A stretch of DNA of 62,120 nucleotides, the filler included, from Candidatus Babelota bacterium (GTDB lineage: Bacteria; JAGOBX01), in the NCBI GenBank assembly GCA_017999075.1. It is 8 parts of 8 records of this genome, joined end to end, with 100 filler letters (N's around TTAATTAATTAA, not from the genome) between each part and the next. Parts side by side here need not be neighbours in the genome. Positions count along the whole stretch, not along the records: positions 7,907 to 15,689 come from JAGOBX010000156.1; positions 15,790 to 23,567 come from JAGOBX010000157.1; 6 more parts are not named here. The stretch is one strand, 5' to 3'. Within the stretch, counting starts at the first letter, position 1; the number at the start of each line of letters is the position of its first letter. Positions 10,960 through 21,901 of this stretch are shown here, piece by piece. The notes below the pieces were generated by a model. The model made no database searches. It had not been told where the DNA came from and saw only the letters and a program-made list of their open reading frames with translations. Position numbers and translations under genes: made by a program.

Positions 10960-13053
10960 CTAATATGGAAAACTATCAAACCATTTGTAGTATGTTATTT
11001 TCTGACGATTTACATTGCCGGGAGTATCTTCAATTTTTACAGTACAGTAAATTTTGTTTTTATAAAATTCTTTATTTCCAAAAAACCTTACCGGAATAGA
11101 ACTTTCAGCGATTATAGTATAATAACTGTATAAATATTGAGTCTGCATATATTCAGGACCAAAACTAATAGGCGGAATCCCGCTGTTTCCGCGAACCGCA
11201 TTCCATTTTATAACAGATTTGTCTCTGGCAGGAACAAGAGCAGAATTTAAATTATCTATGAAATCAAAATACTCTTTTTTTACACCAACCCAGGGATTAT
11301 TCCCTGAAATTCCATAATATGTCAAAATATCGCCGTTCTCGTCGAGTCCGTCAAAAGGATTTATGTTTTTTCTCGAATTCCATTCGGACAAAATAAAATT
11401 AATAGAAGATGAGCCGCTCAGCAATCCATTAAGACATCCTTTTAAAACAGTATCAGCTGCTGTATTCCAATTAATAGGATACATCATCTTGTTTGAATAA
11501 CTGTTATTATAATAATTTACGGGATATACTGTAAAATAGTTATAAATGTATTTGAATAAGTCTTTTTGATAATTTCCATTATCATCATACAGGCAATAAT
11601 CTATTTTATCAACCTGAGAATAAGGTTTTTTAACATATTTCATATAATTCGATTTTGTCGAAAGACCAAGTATAATAGACTTTATAGAATAAGGATTAAA
11701 CTTATTTTCTGTTATTGAATTTATACTGTTGAAAGCCCCATTATCCAAACCTTTCAAAGGGTCTGTAAACTGAACTGAAGAAGGTTTATAGTTTAAATGA
11801 AACTTAGATTTTTCATCTAAAATATAAACCGTACACGAACCCAGTTCATTTCCATCAGCATCAGAAATGTTCTCCAATTTAAAATATCTTCCTGTATTAT
11901 CGCATCCTTCAATCCAAGTATTTACTTTATAAGTTCCGGTAAATGATTTATTTGAATCAACGAGATACACGTCAGACGCAGCCTGACCAAAATTTGTGGA
12001 ACCTGGAGAGCCATACCTGAACCATGTATCTGATTGAACTATCCAGTACGGGCTTCCTCCATTCCACACAAAACAATTATACGAATTAGGAGTCAATCCA
12101 ATCGCTGTTCCAAAAAATCCCTGATGCAGAGAAGGTCTTCCAAACGATACGCATCTGTCAGCGCCTGATGTCCAATAATTATTTCCTTCTATATAAACGG
12201 CATCAATTACGCTTTGATTGCTTTTTTTAACAAGTCTCATATAAAATGGCCTTAAGCTGTTAACATTATCATACATCCATATTCTATCGCTGTTTCCGTT
12301 TGGATTATCGTTTGCAGCAGTCAACCCGAGAAATTTTTGAATATCAATGGACCATGTGGATGGATCATGAAACCAGTAAGTCCCCTGATTTATTCTTGCA
12401 ACTATACAATTATCTGGAATTATAGAAGAAAATATCCCTGTTTTAACTATACTATTATTTGGCATTGCAGGCAGGACCAGAGCAAAAGAACGTGGTGGAA
12501 TTTTTGTAGTTCTATAATTTTCATATCCGTCACTTCCAATCCAGTCGGAACTTGTATGAGATCTTATATCATACATATAAAATCCTTTTCTATATCTGTA
12601 ATCAGTATTCCATTGAGTAGTTCTGTCCATATCATTATCAGTTTCAATCCAGTAATCAGAAAGGTCAATTGTATCATTCGAATCATTATATAATTCTATA
12701 AACTGACTGTAATTGCAGTTATTTGCAGTATTATCAACATCTGCAAAAAGCGAATTAAACAGAGTTCCACCATCAGAACCGCTTCCGTAAATCCCGACAA
12801 CTCCTATTTCATTAATCAATAATTGATTAGTCATCTGCGCATACAAGGAAGATAAATTTATCCTGTCATTTCTCAGGCATTCCATAGCTAATGAAATTCC
12901 GCTTTCAGCAAGATAATAACTTCTTACAGAAGCTTCTTTCATTTTAGCTATTTGGTATTCCCTGGTCATAGTAAAATGCATAGTTGCGACAATCATCCCG
13001 AGTATCGCTATTATCCATAATGTAATTATAAGTATTCCGCCTTTTTTTTTCAT
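10960..13053 (-). CDS. GspK/PilX-like minor pseudopilin with lamin-tail-like insertion
   Basis: KKG|GILIITLWII, YYLAESGI, later DEKSKFHLN and INWNTA; FIELYN..IDLSDY lamin-tail-like motif. Confidence 0.7.
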   Translation of the reverse strand: MKKKGGILIITLWIIAILGMIVATMHFTMTREYQIAKMKEASVRSYYLAESGISLAMECLRNDRINLSSLYAQMTNQLLINEIGVVGIYGSGSDGGTLFNSLFADVDNTANNCNYSQFIELYNDSNDTIDLSDYWIETDNDMDRTTQWNTDYRYRKGFYMYDIRSHTSSDWIGSDGYENYRTTKIPPRSFALVLPAMPNNSIVKTGIFSSIIPDNCIVARINQGTYWFHDPSTWSIDIQKFLGLTAANDNPNGNSDRIWMYDNVNSLRPFYMRLVKKSNQSVIDAVYIEGNNYWTSGADRCVSFGRPSLHQGFFGTAIGLTPNSYNCFVWNGGSPYWIVQSDTWFRYGSPGSTNFGQAASDVYLVDSNKSFTGTYKVNTWIEGCDNTGRYFKLENISDADGNELGSCTVYILDEKSKFHLNYKPSSVQFTDPLKGLDNGAFNSINSITENKFNPYSIKSIILGLSTKSNYMKYVKKPYSQVDKIDYCLYDDNGNYQKDLFKYIYNYFTVYPVNYYNNSYSNKMMYPINWNTAADTVLKGCLNGLLSGSSSINFILSEWNSRKNINPFDGLDENGDILTYYGISGNNPWVGVKKEYFDFIDNLNSALVPARDKSVIKWNAVRGNSGIPPISFGPEYMQTQYLYSYYTIIAESSIPVRFFGNKEFYKNKIYCTVKIEDTPGNVNRQKITYYKWFDSFPY

Positions 13054-13062
13054 AATCTTTTT

Positions 13063-13884
13063 TTATTCCAGATTTGAACAAGGGATTGAAACTATAACTG
13101 ATTTTTTCAATCCAGAACCTATTTTAGTCGAATCTCCTATTTTTTTTATATCATCTGCTGCTATCACGCTTATTTCAACTGCGGCCGGAAGATAAGTTTC
13201 ACTCCAGTCGCCGGAAACCCACGTCAAAGTTACAGGATTAAAATATTTCATATTTAAACACGTTATATTTGCGCAGTAATCACGTAAATAATAAGGATAG
13301 CTGTCAGCGTTTAAACTGTCGCTGCTTTGAAGCCTTCCGTCAATATCTTCAGACAAACAGCTTCTAAACAACCTCATTTTTTTTCTATGTTCAATAATAT
13401 CCGAATTAGAAGATTCGGATAAATATTTATCGTTTCCTATTCCAAATGAAAAATTATATATCGTCGATAATTTATCATCGTTAACAGTAGGGGACAACGA
13501 TACGAATCTAATAAATGAAGATTGCGATAACGCAGAAACAGGAACACTTAAATCAGAAATAAATTTTGCATCAGGATGGGAATAAAAATCAATATATTTA
13601 TTTGATATTGAACCAAAATATGCGGTAGTATCCGGTATTCCGTCTGTTTTTACAGGAATACAATTTTTTAATGAAATCGGTAAATTTTCTAAAATAAAAT
13701 TTTGATTCTGATAAACCTGTATTTGTGATTCCGCCCTTTTAGCGGTATTAACAATATTTATAAAAAATTTAAATAAAGCTACGCTTAACAATCCGAATAT
13801 AAGACATACAACTAGTATTTCTACCAGAGTCAGTCCTTTTCTGCAATTAAATTGAATATTTAAAGAACAAAACCGTATTGCCAT
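13063..13884 (-). CDS. Prepilin-type pseudopilin (GspJ-like)
   Basis: KG|LTLVEILV; C-terminal W..W...LPAAVEI. Confidence 0.8.
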   Translation of the reverse strand: MAIRFCSLNIQFNCRKGLTLVEILVVCLIFGLLSVALFKFFINIVNTAKRAESQIQVYQNQNFILENLPISLKNCIPVKTDGIPDTTAYFGSISNKYIDFYSHPDAKFISDLSVPVSALSQSSFIRFVSLSPTVNDDKLSTIYNFSFGIGNDKYLSESSNSDIIEHRKKMRLFRSCLSEDIDGRLQSSDSLNADSYPYYLRDYCANITCLNMKYFNPVTLTWVSGDWSETYLPAAVEISVIAADDIKKIGDSTKIGSGLKKSVIVSIPCSNLE

Positions 13885-13885
13885 T

Positions 13886-14362
13886 TTAATTATTGTTTCC
13901 TCCGGGCGTGAAATAACAAACGTAACTGTAAAGATTATTGTGAGGTGAAAAAATTTTCAATGTAATTTTTTTTATTCTGCCGTCTAATGGCTGTAAATTA
14001 GGGGTTATATCATTATTTTCAACAACCATGTCAAATTTCCATTCGGAATATTCAGATAATTTTTCATTTGTTATAACATCCTCAACAAACAAATCTGTAT
14101 TCGAAACAGGAGCAAAATTAGGAATATGTTTAAATTTCATTTTTAATAATTCCATTTCACGTTTGGCAATATAATTAGCAATCGACACTTCTTTAGATTT
14201 TATGAATATTTGAATAGAATGGTTAAATGAATAAATAAGCCTCACAAAAATCAAACCAAGAATTATTATTGTTAATAATAATTCAAGAAGCATGGCTCCT
14301 CGTTTATATGTTTTACATTTTTTTTTCATAAAATCAATTTTTAAAGTATGTGTTATTCTCAA
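13886..14362 (-). CDS. Prepilin-type pseudopilin (GspI/PilV-like)
   Basis: RG|AMLLELLL; IA..IAKREME. Confidence 0.7.
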   Translation of the reverse strand: MRITHTLKIDFMKKKCKTYKRGAMLLELLLTIIILGLIFVRLIYSFNHSIQIFIKSKEVSIANYIAKREMELLKMKFKHIPNFAPVSNTDLFVEDVITNEKLSEYSEWKFDMVVENNDITPNLQPLDGRIKKITLKIFSPHNNLYSYVCYFTPGGNNN

Positions 14363-14963
14363 ATCCGTACGGCATTAAAATAGTTTTTCCGGATTCTTCA
14401 AAAAACTGCAATGTAACATATTTCTGTTTATTATTCTTCAATAGAGGATCAGAAATCGGATTTAATGTTAATAATATTAATGGTATTATTTTACCCATTC
14501 CTGAATCGCTTACATAATATGAAGGATACAGCAAAGAAGCTTTTCCTGAAATTGCAAAATTTTTATTAAAATATATTTCAGGAAGATTATTGTTATTCCC
14601 GTTATTTACCGGATTAATAGAAATATTTTCACCAATTAAAAGATTATTGATAAGTTTTGTGTCATAATCAGACTCATACGAAATAACGTCTGCATATAAA
14701 TTCTTGTTTTTATAAAATAATTTAACCGCTGTCTTTTTTTTAAAAAAATTAGAATAATATCCTGCATAAAAAATAGTGTCAACTAAAGTTTTTGAACAAT
14801 TTTTGAGTTTATATTTTGAATAAAAATATTGATAAGCTGTTAATGCAGAAGTGGATAATAATCCTAAAATAATAATTACAACTAACAGTTCAATTAAAGT
14901 AAAGCCAGATTGAAAATAGCGGACATTGCTGTTTTTTGAAACAATAATATTTTTTAATTTCAT
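14334..14963 (-). CDS. Prepilin-type pseudopilin (GspH/FimT-like)
   Basis: SG|FTLIELLVVIIILG. Confidence 0.8.
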   Translation of the reverse strand: MKLKNIIVSKNSNVRYFQSGFTLIELLVVIIILGLLSTSALTAYQYFYSKYKLKNCSKTLVDTIFYAGYYSNFFKKKTAVKLFYKNKNLYADVISYESDYDTKLINNLLIGENISINPVNNGNNNNLPEIYFNKNFAISGKASLLYPSYYVSDSGMGKIIPLILLTLNPISDPLLKNNKQKYVTLQFFEESGKTILMPYGFENNTYFKN

Positions 14964-15233
14964 AAATTACGGCATAGCTTTAATTTTCCAGACATAAAAA
15001 AATACATAAAATTAATTCAACAATTTCCTATTTTTTATCATTTTTTATCATATTGTTATAATTTTAAATATTTAACTAAAAAAAATCAATATTAAATAAT
15101 TCAAAATTTTTCAATATGATTCTAAAATTTAATTGATTTTTTTAATATGAGTTTTATATTTAATATTTAAACGAAAAAGAAAAAAGGAATTTTTAATTTA
15201 TTTTAGAAGTTTTAGTTTTAATTTATACTGATT

Positions 15234-15689
15234 ATGTCAAAATTTTTTTCTTATCCCATAAAGTTTATTCCTATTTTTAAAGAAAATATATGGGGCGGGA
15301 AAAATCTTCAAGTTTTTTTAAATAAAAAACTCCCTCAAAATAAAAAAATTGGAGAATCCTGGGAAATTTCAACAGTAGGAAAAAATATCAGCACAGTTGC
15401 CAATGGAAAATACAAAGGAGTAACATTGCTTGAACTTGTGAATGAATTTAAAATTGATTTACTTGGGGAAAAATATAAAAAGGCGTCGGAATTTCCTTTA
15501 CTTTTTAAATTTCTTGACGCGTCGGAAAATTTATCTGTTCAAATTCATCCTGACAACAATACCGCCAAAAAATATGAAAATTCAAATTCAGGCAAATCAG
15601 AATGCTGGCATATAATACATACAGAAAACAAAAAAATAATTTTAGGAGTTAATGATAAAATACATTTAAATAAAATAAAGCATTTGATT
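15234..15689 (+). CDS. manA: Mannose-6-phosphate isomerase class I, truncated
   Basis: IWGG, IGESWE, FPLLFKFLDA..LSVQIHP, GKSECW. Confidence 0.85.
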
Positions 15690-15789
15690 NNNNNNNNNNN
15701 NNNNNNNNNNNNNNNNNNNNNNNNNNNNNNNNNTTAATTAATTAANNNNNNNNNNNNNNNNNNNNNNNNNNNNNNNNNNNNNNNNNNNN
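15690..15789. other. Artificial contig linker
   Basis: N-TTAATTAATTAA-N. Confidence 0.98.
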
Positions 15790-17235
15790 ATAGCTTTAGT
15801 ATTAAATGCAACAAACTGGGTATTATGTAAATTTTTCTTGTGGTCAGCTCATTTTTTCTGCAGCATAATCCCTTATCCTAATATAACTATGTGGACGTTA
15901 AGCAGACTCTTATTTTATATGTCTTTAGTTGCAATATTTATCTGGTGGAATGCATTTAATAAGAAAAAAGAGGAGTTGTATTACAGGTTAAGAATACCGA
16001 CTATGGGTTCTGCCGGCGATAAAGTGAAATTATTTGAAAAAATATTTTCTGTATTATTTATAATTGTAATGATAATTTTGACTGCCCACAAAAATCCTGA
16101 AGGAATAAAAATAACCACTCTTGATACCGGATATGCAGAATCGAATATAATACAGCTTGCTTCAGGAAAAACTATTATCATAAACGGAGCATTAAGAGAA
16201 TTTGATTCCAATAATCCTTTTGCAGAATTTGATCAGGGCGACAGGGTTGTTTACAATTACATAAAACGTCAGGGAATAATAAGCGTTGATGCTGTTATAG
16301 CCCAATCATTAAGTCCTGAATATTTGACAGGGTTATATTTTATTGCATCTAATGCTGATCTTAAAGTATGGTATGATATGGTTGATCATAAACTAATAAA
16401 TTCAAAAACAACTCAAGATGACTTTTTCAAAATTTTAGGTTATGAAAATATCATAAATGACAATCCTAAAAAAATGAGGTATATTTATGAAAGATATATT
16501 GAAATCCTAAAAGTGCTTGAAAAAAGAAAAATTCCTGTTCGCAAAATTAAAGAAGGCGATACTTTATGCAAAGAAAAAATCAATGGAGTTGATTTTTATA
16601 TTCTATGCCTTAATCCTCCTGAAAAAATTTCATCAGGAAATTTTTCGTTTTTAGATAATTCTCTTGTTTTAAAAGCTCAATTCGGAGAAAAAAGCGTATT
16701 GTTCGGAGGATCAATGCTCGAAGCAGGCCTCGAAAACATATCAAATCTGTCAGATAAAAAACTGGTAAAATCCGATGTACTGGTTCTGCCTCATCACGGA
16801 GTTCCGCTGCTTGACGGATGGGCAACTGAAAAAGAAGACGAATTAATGGAAAGATTAAATAATTTTAATAACAAACTTACTGAAACTGTTCAGCCTGAAT
16901 ATGTTATAGCATCATATGCACGGCCGAAAATAAATGTTTTTAAAAAACAAGAAAGTTTTAAATTCAGAGATATGACTAAAGAATCTCTGGATACTTATTT
17001 TAAAAACAAATATGATTCGAAATTTTTTAGAACAGATGTGCATAGAACAGTTATCATCGAATCAAAAGACGGAAAATCAATTAAAATTACAACTATGATA
17101 GATTTGCTGAAAAAACAAAAAGAAAAATCCGATGCTCTAAAAAACAGAGGTTCGTCTTCATATGAAAAAATCGAAGGCGAAGATGACGATCTTGATAAAT
17201 CCGAATCATTAGAAAATGCAGCTGATAATTTATGA
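15790..17235 (+). CDS. comEC: ComEC/Rec2-like protein, C-terminal part (last TMs + degenerate metallo-beta-lactamase fold); 5'-truncated
   Basis: ITTLDTG..ES.II, NSLVLK, SVLFGG, DVLVLPHHG, PEYVIAS, FRTD align by eye with ComEC MBL motifs. Confidence 0.65.
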   Translation: MALVLNATNWVLCKFFLWSAHFFCSIIPYPNITMWTLSRLLFYMSLVAIFIWWNAFNKKKEELYYRLRIPTMGSAGDKVKLFEKIFSVLFIIVMIILTAHKNPEGIKITTLDTGYAESNIIQLASGKTIIINGALREFDSNNPFAEFDQGDRVVYNYIKRQGIISVDAVIAQSLSPEYLTGLYFIASNADLKVWYDMVDHKLINSKTTQDDFFKILGYENIINDNPKKMRYIYERYIEILKVLEKRKIPVRKIKEGDTLCKEKINGVDFYILCLNPPEKISSGNFSFLDNSLVLKAQFGEKSVLFGGSMLEAGLENISNLSDKKLVKSDVLVLPHHGVPLLDGWATEKEDELMERLNNFNNKLTETVQPEYVIASYARPKINVFKKQESFKFRDMTKESLDTYFKNKYDSKFFRTDVHRTVIIESKDGKSIKITTMIDLLKKQKEKSDALKNRGSSSYEKIEGEDDDLDKSESLENAADNL

Positions 17236-17375
17236 TAAAAAAAATTCTGATAGTAATTATTGTATTTTTTATAGTAAAGAAATTGTATGCTAAATTTATA
17301 CAATTTCTTTACAAAAAACTGATCACAGATTATAAAAATAAAAATATTATTTAATAAATTTTTTAGGGGGATCTT

Positions 17376-18227
17376 ATGAAAAAAATTGTTTGGTGGGGAT
17401 TATTTATATTTATTATTTCTATTAATTTACTAAATGCCGGAATTGTAACTATGAAAGACGGTAGAGTATTATCAGGTCAAATAATAATAACAAATGACAT
17501 TATTACAATAAAAGGGAATCAAGGATTTTATCAGTTTTCAAATAAAGACGCAGCAGATATAAAACTCGATGCTTCAGACATAAATAATACGGGAAAACAA
17601 ACCAATTCTGCTCAGCAGCAAATTTCAAGTGCTATAATACAAACAAACCTTGGTACAATAAAATGCCTGTTGTATAAAAAATTTGCTCCTGAAACAGTAA
17701 AAAACTTTGTTACCCTTGCAAAAGAAGGGTTTTTTGAAAATATAATTTTCCACCGTGTAATACCAAATTTTATGATTCAAACCGGAGATGCAAGATTCAG
17801 AACTAAACCTACTGATAAAAAATTTTCTGTTAAAATGATTGCTGATGAAATCAACCCTGTTTCTCTTGGCCTAGATAAAAAAACAGTTTCATCAAACAAT
17901 TTCAATTTTCCTGCCGAACATTTAAAACAGTTCGGCTCAAAATCCTTAAAAGAATATTACGAATTTTTAGGCTACAAATACTCAAAAATTTTAGAAAGCA
18001 AACCTGTCAAACGCGGAGTTCTTGCTATGGCTAATGCAGGACCTAACACAAATTCATCTCAATTTTTCATTACTACCAATGATTGTCCATGGCTTGACGG
18101 AAAACATACCGTATTCGGAGAAGTGGTTTCCGGTTACGATATAGTAGAAAAAATAAGTAAACTCCAGACTAAAAATGACAAACCGATTAATGATGCAGTA
18201 ATATTATCTGTGCAAATAATCGAATGA
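17376..18227 (+). CDS. Exported cyclophilin-type peptidyl-prolyl isomerase
   Basis: APETVKNF, FHRVIPNFMIQTGD, LAMANAGPNTNSSQFFI, WLDGKHTVFG. Confidence 0.93.
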   Translation: MKKIVWWGLFIFIISINLLNAGIVTMKDGRVLSGQIIITNDIITIKGNQGFYQFSNKDAADIKLDASDINNTGKQTNSAQQQISSAIIQTNLGTIKCLLYKKFAPETVKNFVTLAKEGFFENIIFHRVIPNFMIQTGDARFRTKPTDKKFSVKMIADEINPVSLGLDKKTVSSNNFNFPAEHLKQFGSKSLKEYYEFLGYKYSKILESKPVKRGVLAMANAGPNTNSSQFFITTNDCPWLDGKHTVFGEVVSGYDIVEKISKLQTKNDKPINDAVILSVQIIE

Positions 18228-18293
18228 TTTGATTTCAGACTATAAATTTAAAGCAAAAAGTATTTAATTTTTTATTAGCCGGGAGGAATATAA

Positions 18294-20510
18294 ATGATTT
18301 CAACTATACCTTTTGAAGATGCTACTGCAATAATTAATTCTGCGCATAAAAATCCTGCGTCTGTACTCGGAATGCATGTGACAGATTTTTTTGACAAAAA
18401 AGTTGTTTCTGTAAGAGCTTTTATGCCTGATGCTAAAGAAACTTATGTAATTGATGTTGAAAATCAAAATGAATCTTATCCTATGAATAAAGTTCATAAA
18501 TCAGGGTTATTTGAAGCAATAATAATGGACAAGTCTGAAAGATTTAAATATAAATATAAGATTATCGATTATTACAATAAGGAACATTACATAAATGACG
18601 TATATTCTTTCTGGACAGAATCACTGACAAAATTCGACAGGTATTTATTCAACCGCGCTCAGCATTATAAAATTTATGATAAAATGGGAGCTCATATCAT
18701 AGAAGTTGATGGAGTTAAAGGAGTTCATTTTGCCGTATGGGCCCCAAATGCACAAAGAGTAAGCGTAGTGGGCCATTTCAATAATTGGGACGGCAGACGC
18801 CATCAGATGAAACTAAACACGGACTGGTCCGGTATATGGCAATTATTTATCCCTGACTTAAAACAAGGCGATTTCTATAAATACGAAATTAAAGGAGCTC
18901 ACGGAGAATTATTTTTAAAAGCAGATCCTTATGCGTTTTATTCAGAACTCAGACCTGGCACTGCATCAATAGTATGGAATATTGATAATTATAAATGGAA
19001 CGATTCAGACTGGCTTCACAAAAGATATTATACCAATCATTATGAAAAACCTATTTCTGTTTATGAAGTTCATCTTCCTTCATGGATGAAAGGACCGAAT
19101 AACACCTTTTTAAATTATAGGGATATCGCACAAAAATTAATTAAACACGTTAAAGAAAATAATTTTACTCATATAGAACTTATGCCTATACTTGAACATC
19201 CGTTCGACGGATCATGGGGTTACCAGGTGACCGGATATTTTTCTCCTACAAGCAGATTGGGTAAACCTGAAGATTTCATGTATTTTGTTGACCAATGCCA
19301 TATAAACGGAATCGGGGTTCTACTCGATTGGGTGCCTGCTCACTTTCCGAAAGATTCTCATGGTTTAATAAAATTTGACGGGACAGCATTATACGAACAT
19401 CAGGATCCTCGTTTAGGAGAACATCCCGACTGGGGCACTAAAATATTCAATTTCGGCAGATTTGAAGTCAAAAATTTTCTTATATCAAGCGCATTGTTCT
19501 GGATGGATAAATATCATATTGACGGACTTAGAGTTGACGCAGTAGCTTCAATGCTGTATCTTGATTATTCGAAAAAACCTGGAGAATGGGTGCCAAACTG
19601 CTATGGCGGAAGAGAAAATCTTGAAGCCATAGAATTTTTAAAACATCTTAATTCTATAGCGTATCAGAATTACAAAGGAATAATTATGACTGCTGAAGAA
19701 TCAACTGCTTGGCCCGGAGTAAGCAAACCGACTTACAGCGGAGGACTCGGATTCGGTTTTAAATGGAATATGGGTTGGATGAATGATACCTTAAATTATA
19801 TTACCAAAAATCCTATTCACAGAAGATACCATCATTCAAATATGACTTTCAGTTTGTTATACGCATTTACTGAAAATTTTATTTTACCATTTTCTCACGA
19901 TGAAGTCGTTCATGGAAAAGGTTCGATGATAAATAAAATGCCTGGAGACTACTGGCAAAAATTTGCAAATTTACGCGCATTATACACTTATTACTTTGCT
20001 CATCCTGGAAAAAAACTATTATTTATGGGAAGCGAATTCGGAATATTCGATGAATGGAAAGAAGACAAAAGCGTTGATTGGAATTTATTGAATTTTGAAT
20101 ATCACAAAAATATGCTTAAATGTCTTTCTGATTTGAACAAAATTTACTGTTCCGAACCAGCAATGTATGTAAATGATCATAATGGTTCCGGATTTGACTG
20201 GATTAACTGCAATGACTCGGATAACAGTGTTTTTTCTTTCATTCGGAAAGGGAAAAGTCCTGAAGACCATTTGGTTATCGTAGTTAATTTCACTCCGGTT
20301 CCAAGATGGAATTACAAAATCGGAGTAAATTATTATGTCCCTTATAAAGAAATTTTTAACAGTGATTCAATGGAATACAGCGGTTCTAATGTGGGAAATG
20401 CTGGGCTTGTTTATCCGAATACTGAAAATTCTAACGGCAAACCATATTCTTTAAAATTGGCATTGCCGCCGCTTGGAGGAATGATTTTCAAACCACAATA
20501 TAAAAAATAA
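18294..20510 (+). CDS. glgB: 1,4-alpha-glucan branching enzyme
   Basis: FAVWAPNA, SWGYQ, LDWVPAHFP, LRVDAVASM, AEEST, SHDEVVHGK. Confidence 0.97.
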   Translation: MISTIPFEDATAIINSAHKNPASVLGMHVTDFFDKKVVSVRAFMPDAKETYVIDVENQNESYPMNKVHKSGLFEAIIMDKSERFKYKYKIIDYYNKEHYINDVYSFWTESLTKFDRYLFNRAQHYKIYDKMGAHIIEVDGVKGVHFAVWAPNAQRVSVVGHFNNWDGRRHQMKLNTDWSGIWQLFIPDLKQGDFYKYEIKGAHGELFLKADPYAFYSELRPGTASIVWNIDNYKWNDSDWLHKRYYTNHYEKPISVYEVHLPSWMKGPNNTFLNYRDIAQKLIKHVKENNFTHIELMPILEHPFDGSWGYQVTGYFSPTSRLGKPEDFMYFVDQCHINGIGVLLDWVPAHFPKDSHGLIKFDGTALYEHQDPRLGEHPDWGTKIFNFGRFEVKNFLISSALFWMDKYHIDGLRVDAVASMLYLDYSKKPGEWVPNCYGGRENLEAIEFLKHLNSIAYQNYKGIIMTAEESTAWPGVSKPTYSGGLGFGFKWNMGWMNDTLNYITKNPIHRRYHHSNMTFSLLYAFTENFILPFSHDEVVHGKGSMINKMPGDYWQKFANLRALYTYYFAHPGKKLLFMGSEFGIFDEWKEDKSVDWNLLNFEYHKNMLKCLSDLNKIYCSEPAMYVNDHNGSGFDWINCNDSDNSVFSFIRKGKSPEDHLVIVVNFTPVPRWNYKIGVNYYVPYKEIFNSDSMEYSGSNVGNAGLVYPNTENSNGKPYSLKLALPPLGGMIFKPQYKK

Positions 20511-20649
20511 TTTTTTTGAAATTATTAATTATCTTAGTGACTGAAAATATAAATTATTTTATTTATTCTAATAATTTAAAAATGAATAATGCTTTTTTTT
20601 GAAATATTAATATAATTAGCTATTATTTTTTACTTTAGGAGGATTTAAA

Positions 20650-21711
20650 ATGTACAAAATAGCAGTATTGCCCGGAGATGGTACAGGTCCGGAAGTTGTC
20701 AACGAAGGTCTCAAAGTAATGACTGCAGCAGCTAAAAAATTCAATGTAAAATTTGAAACTCAAACTTTCGATTTCGGCGGCGAGCGTTACATGCGGACAG
20801 GTGAAACTTTACCTGATTCAGCTATTGAAGAATTAAAAAAATTTGATGCAATTTATCTTGGAGCTATCGGACATCCCGATGTAAAACCAGGAATTCTTGA
20901 AAAAGGTATTTTGCTAAAATTAAGATTTGCGCTTGACCAATACATAAACTTACGTCCGATAAAATTATATGACGGAGTGGATTGTCCTCTAAAAGATAAA
21001 GGACCTGAACATATAGATTATGTGGTAGTCCGTGAAAACAGCGGCGGATTATACACAGGTACCGGCGGAATTTCAATGAAAGGTACAAAACACGAAGTCG
21101 CAATTCAATCAATGGTTTATAACAGATTTCAGGTTGACAGATGTTTAAAATTCGCTTTTGACTATACAAGAAAACGCAATAAAAAGAAAACACTTGCATT
21201 ATGCGGAAAAACTAATGTTTTAACATTTGTTTTTGACTTATGGGAACGCGCGTTTCATGAAATGGGCGGAAAAGATTACAAAGATATAACACGGGAATAT
21301 TATCATGTTGATGCCACATGTATGTGGATGGTAAAAAATCCGGAATGGTTTGATGTTATTGTTACAGGCAATATGTTTGGAGATATAATAACAGATCTTG
21401 GCGCTATGACACAAGGCGGAATGGGAATAGCTGCAGGCGGAAACATTAACCCTGAAGGAGTTTCAATGTTTGAACCTATTGGAGGTTCAGCTCCTAAATA
21501 TACAGGAAAAAATGTTATCAACCCTATGGCTGCCATATTGGCCGCTCAAATGATGTGGGAAATTCTCGGAGAAGATAAAATTGCAAATTCTATTGAAAAT
21601 GCTGTAAAAATAGCTGTAAAAAAAGACTTAAAAAGTATGTCTGCTGGCAAAATGGGTATGGGAACTTCTCAAGTTGGAGACCTTATTTCTAACTATATAG
21701 TTAAAGAATAA
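20650..21711 (+). CDS. leuB: 3-isopropylmalate dehydrogenase
   Basis: [42 protein letters not shown]. Confidence 0.88.
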   Translation: MYKIAVLPGDGTGPEVVNEGLKVMTAAAKKFNVKFETQTFDFGGERYMRTGETLPDSAIEELKKFDAIYLGAIGHPDVKPGILEKGILLKLRFALDQYINLRPIKLYDGVDCPLKDKGPEHIDYVVVRENSGGLYTGTGGISMKGTKHEVAIQSMVYNRFQVDRCLKFAFDYTRKRNKKKTLALCGKTNVLTFVFDLWERAFHEMGGKDYKDITREYYHVDATCMWMVKNPEWFDVIVTGNMFGDIITDLGAMTQGGMGIAAGGNINPEGVSMFEPIGGSAPKYTGKNVINPMAAILAAQMMWEILGEDKIANSIENAVKIAVKKDLKSMSAGKMGMGTSQVGDLISNYIVKE

Positions 21712-21901
21712 AAATCTGATAGAAGTTTATAACATAAAAAACCATCTTGATTTTTTTTAAATTATTTGACTTGTTCTTTTTAAGGTTTTATTAACCCTAA
21801 AAATTCTGACGTCTTAAAAAAAACGAAGGCATTTTTAGGGTTAATATTAACATAAGAATATCTAATAAAATTAAATATCACCCGAAAATAATAAAGATTT
21901 A

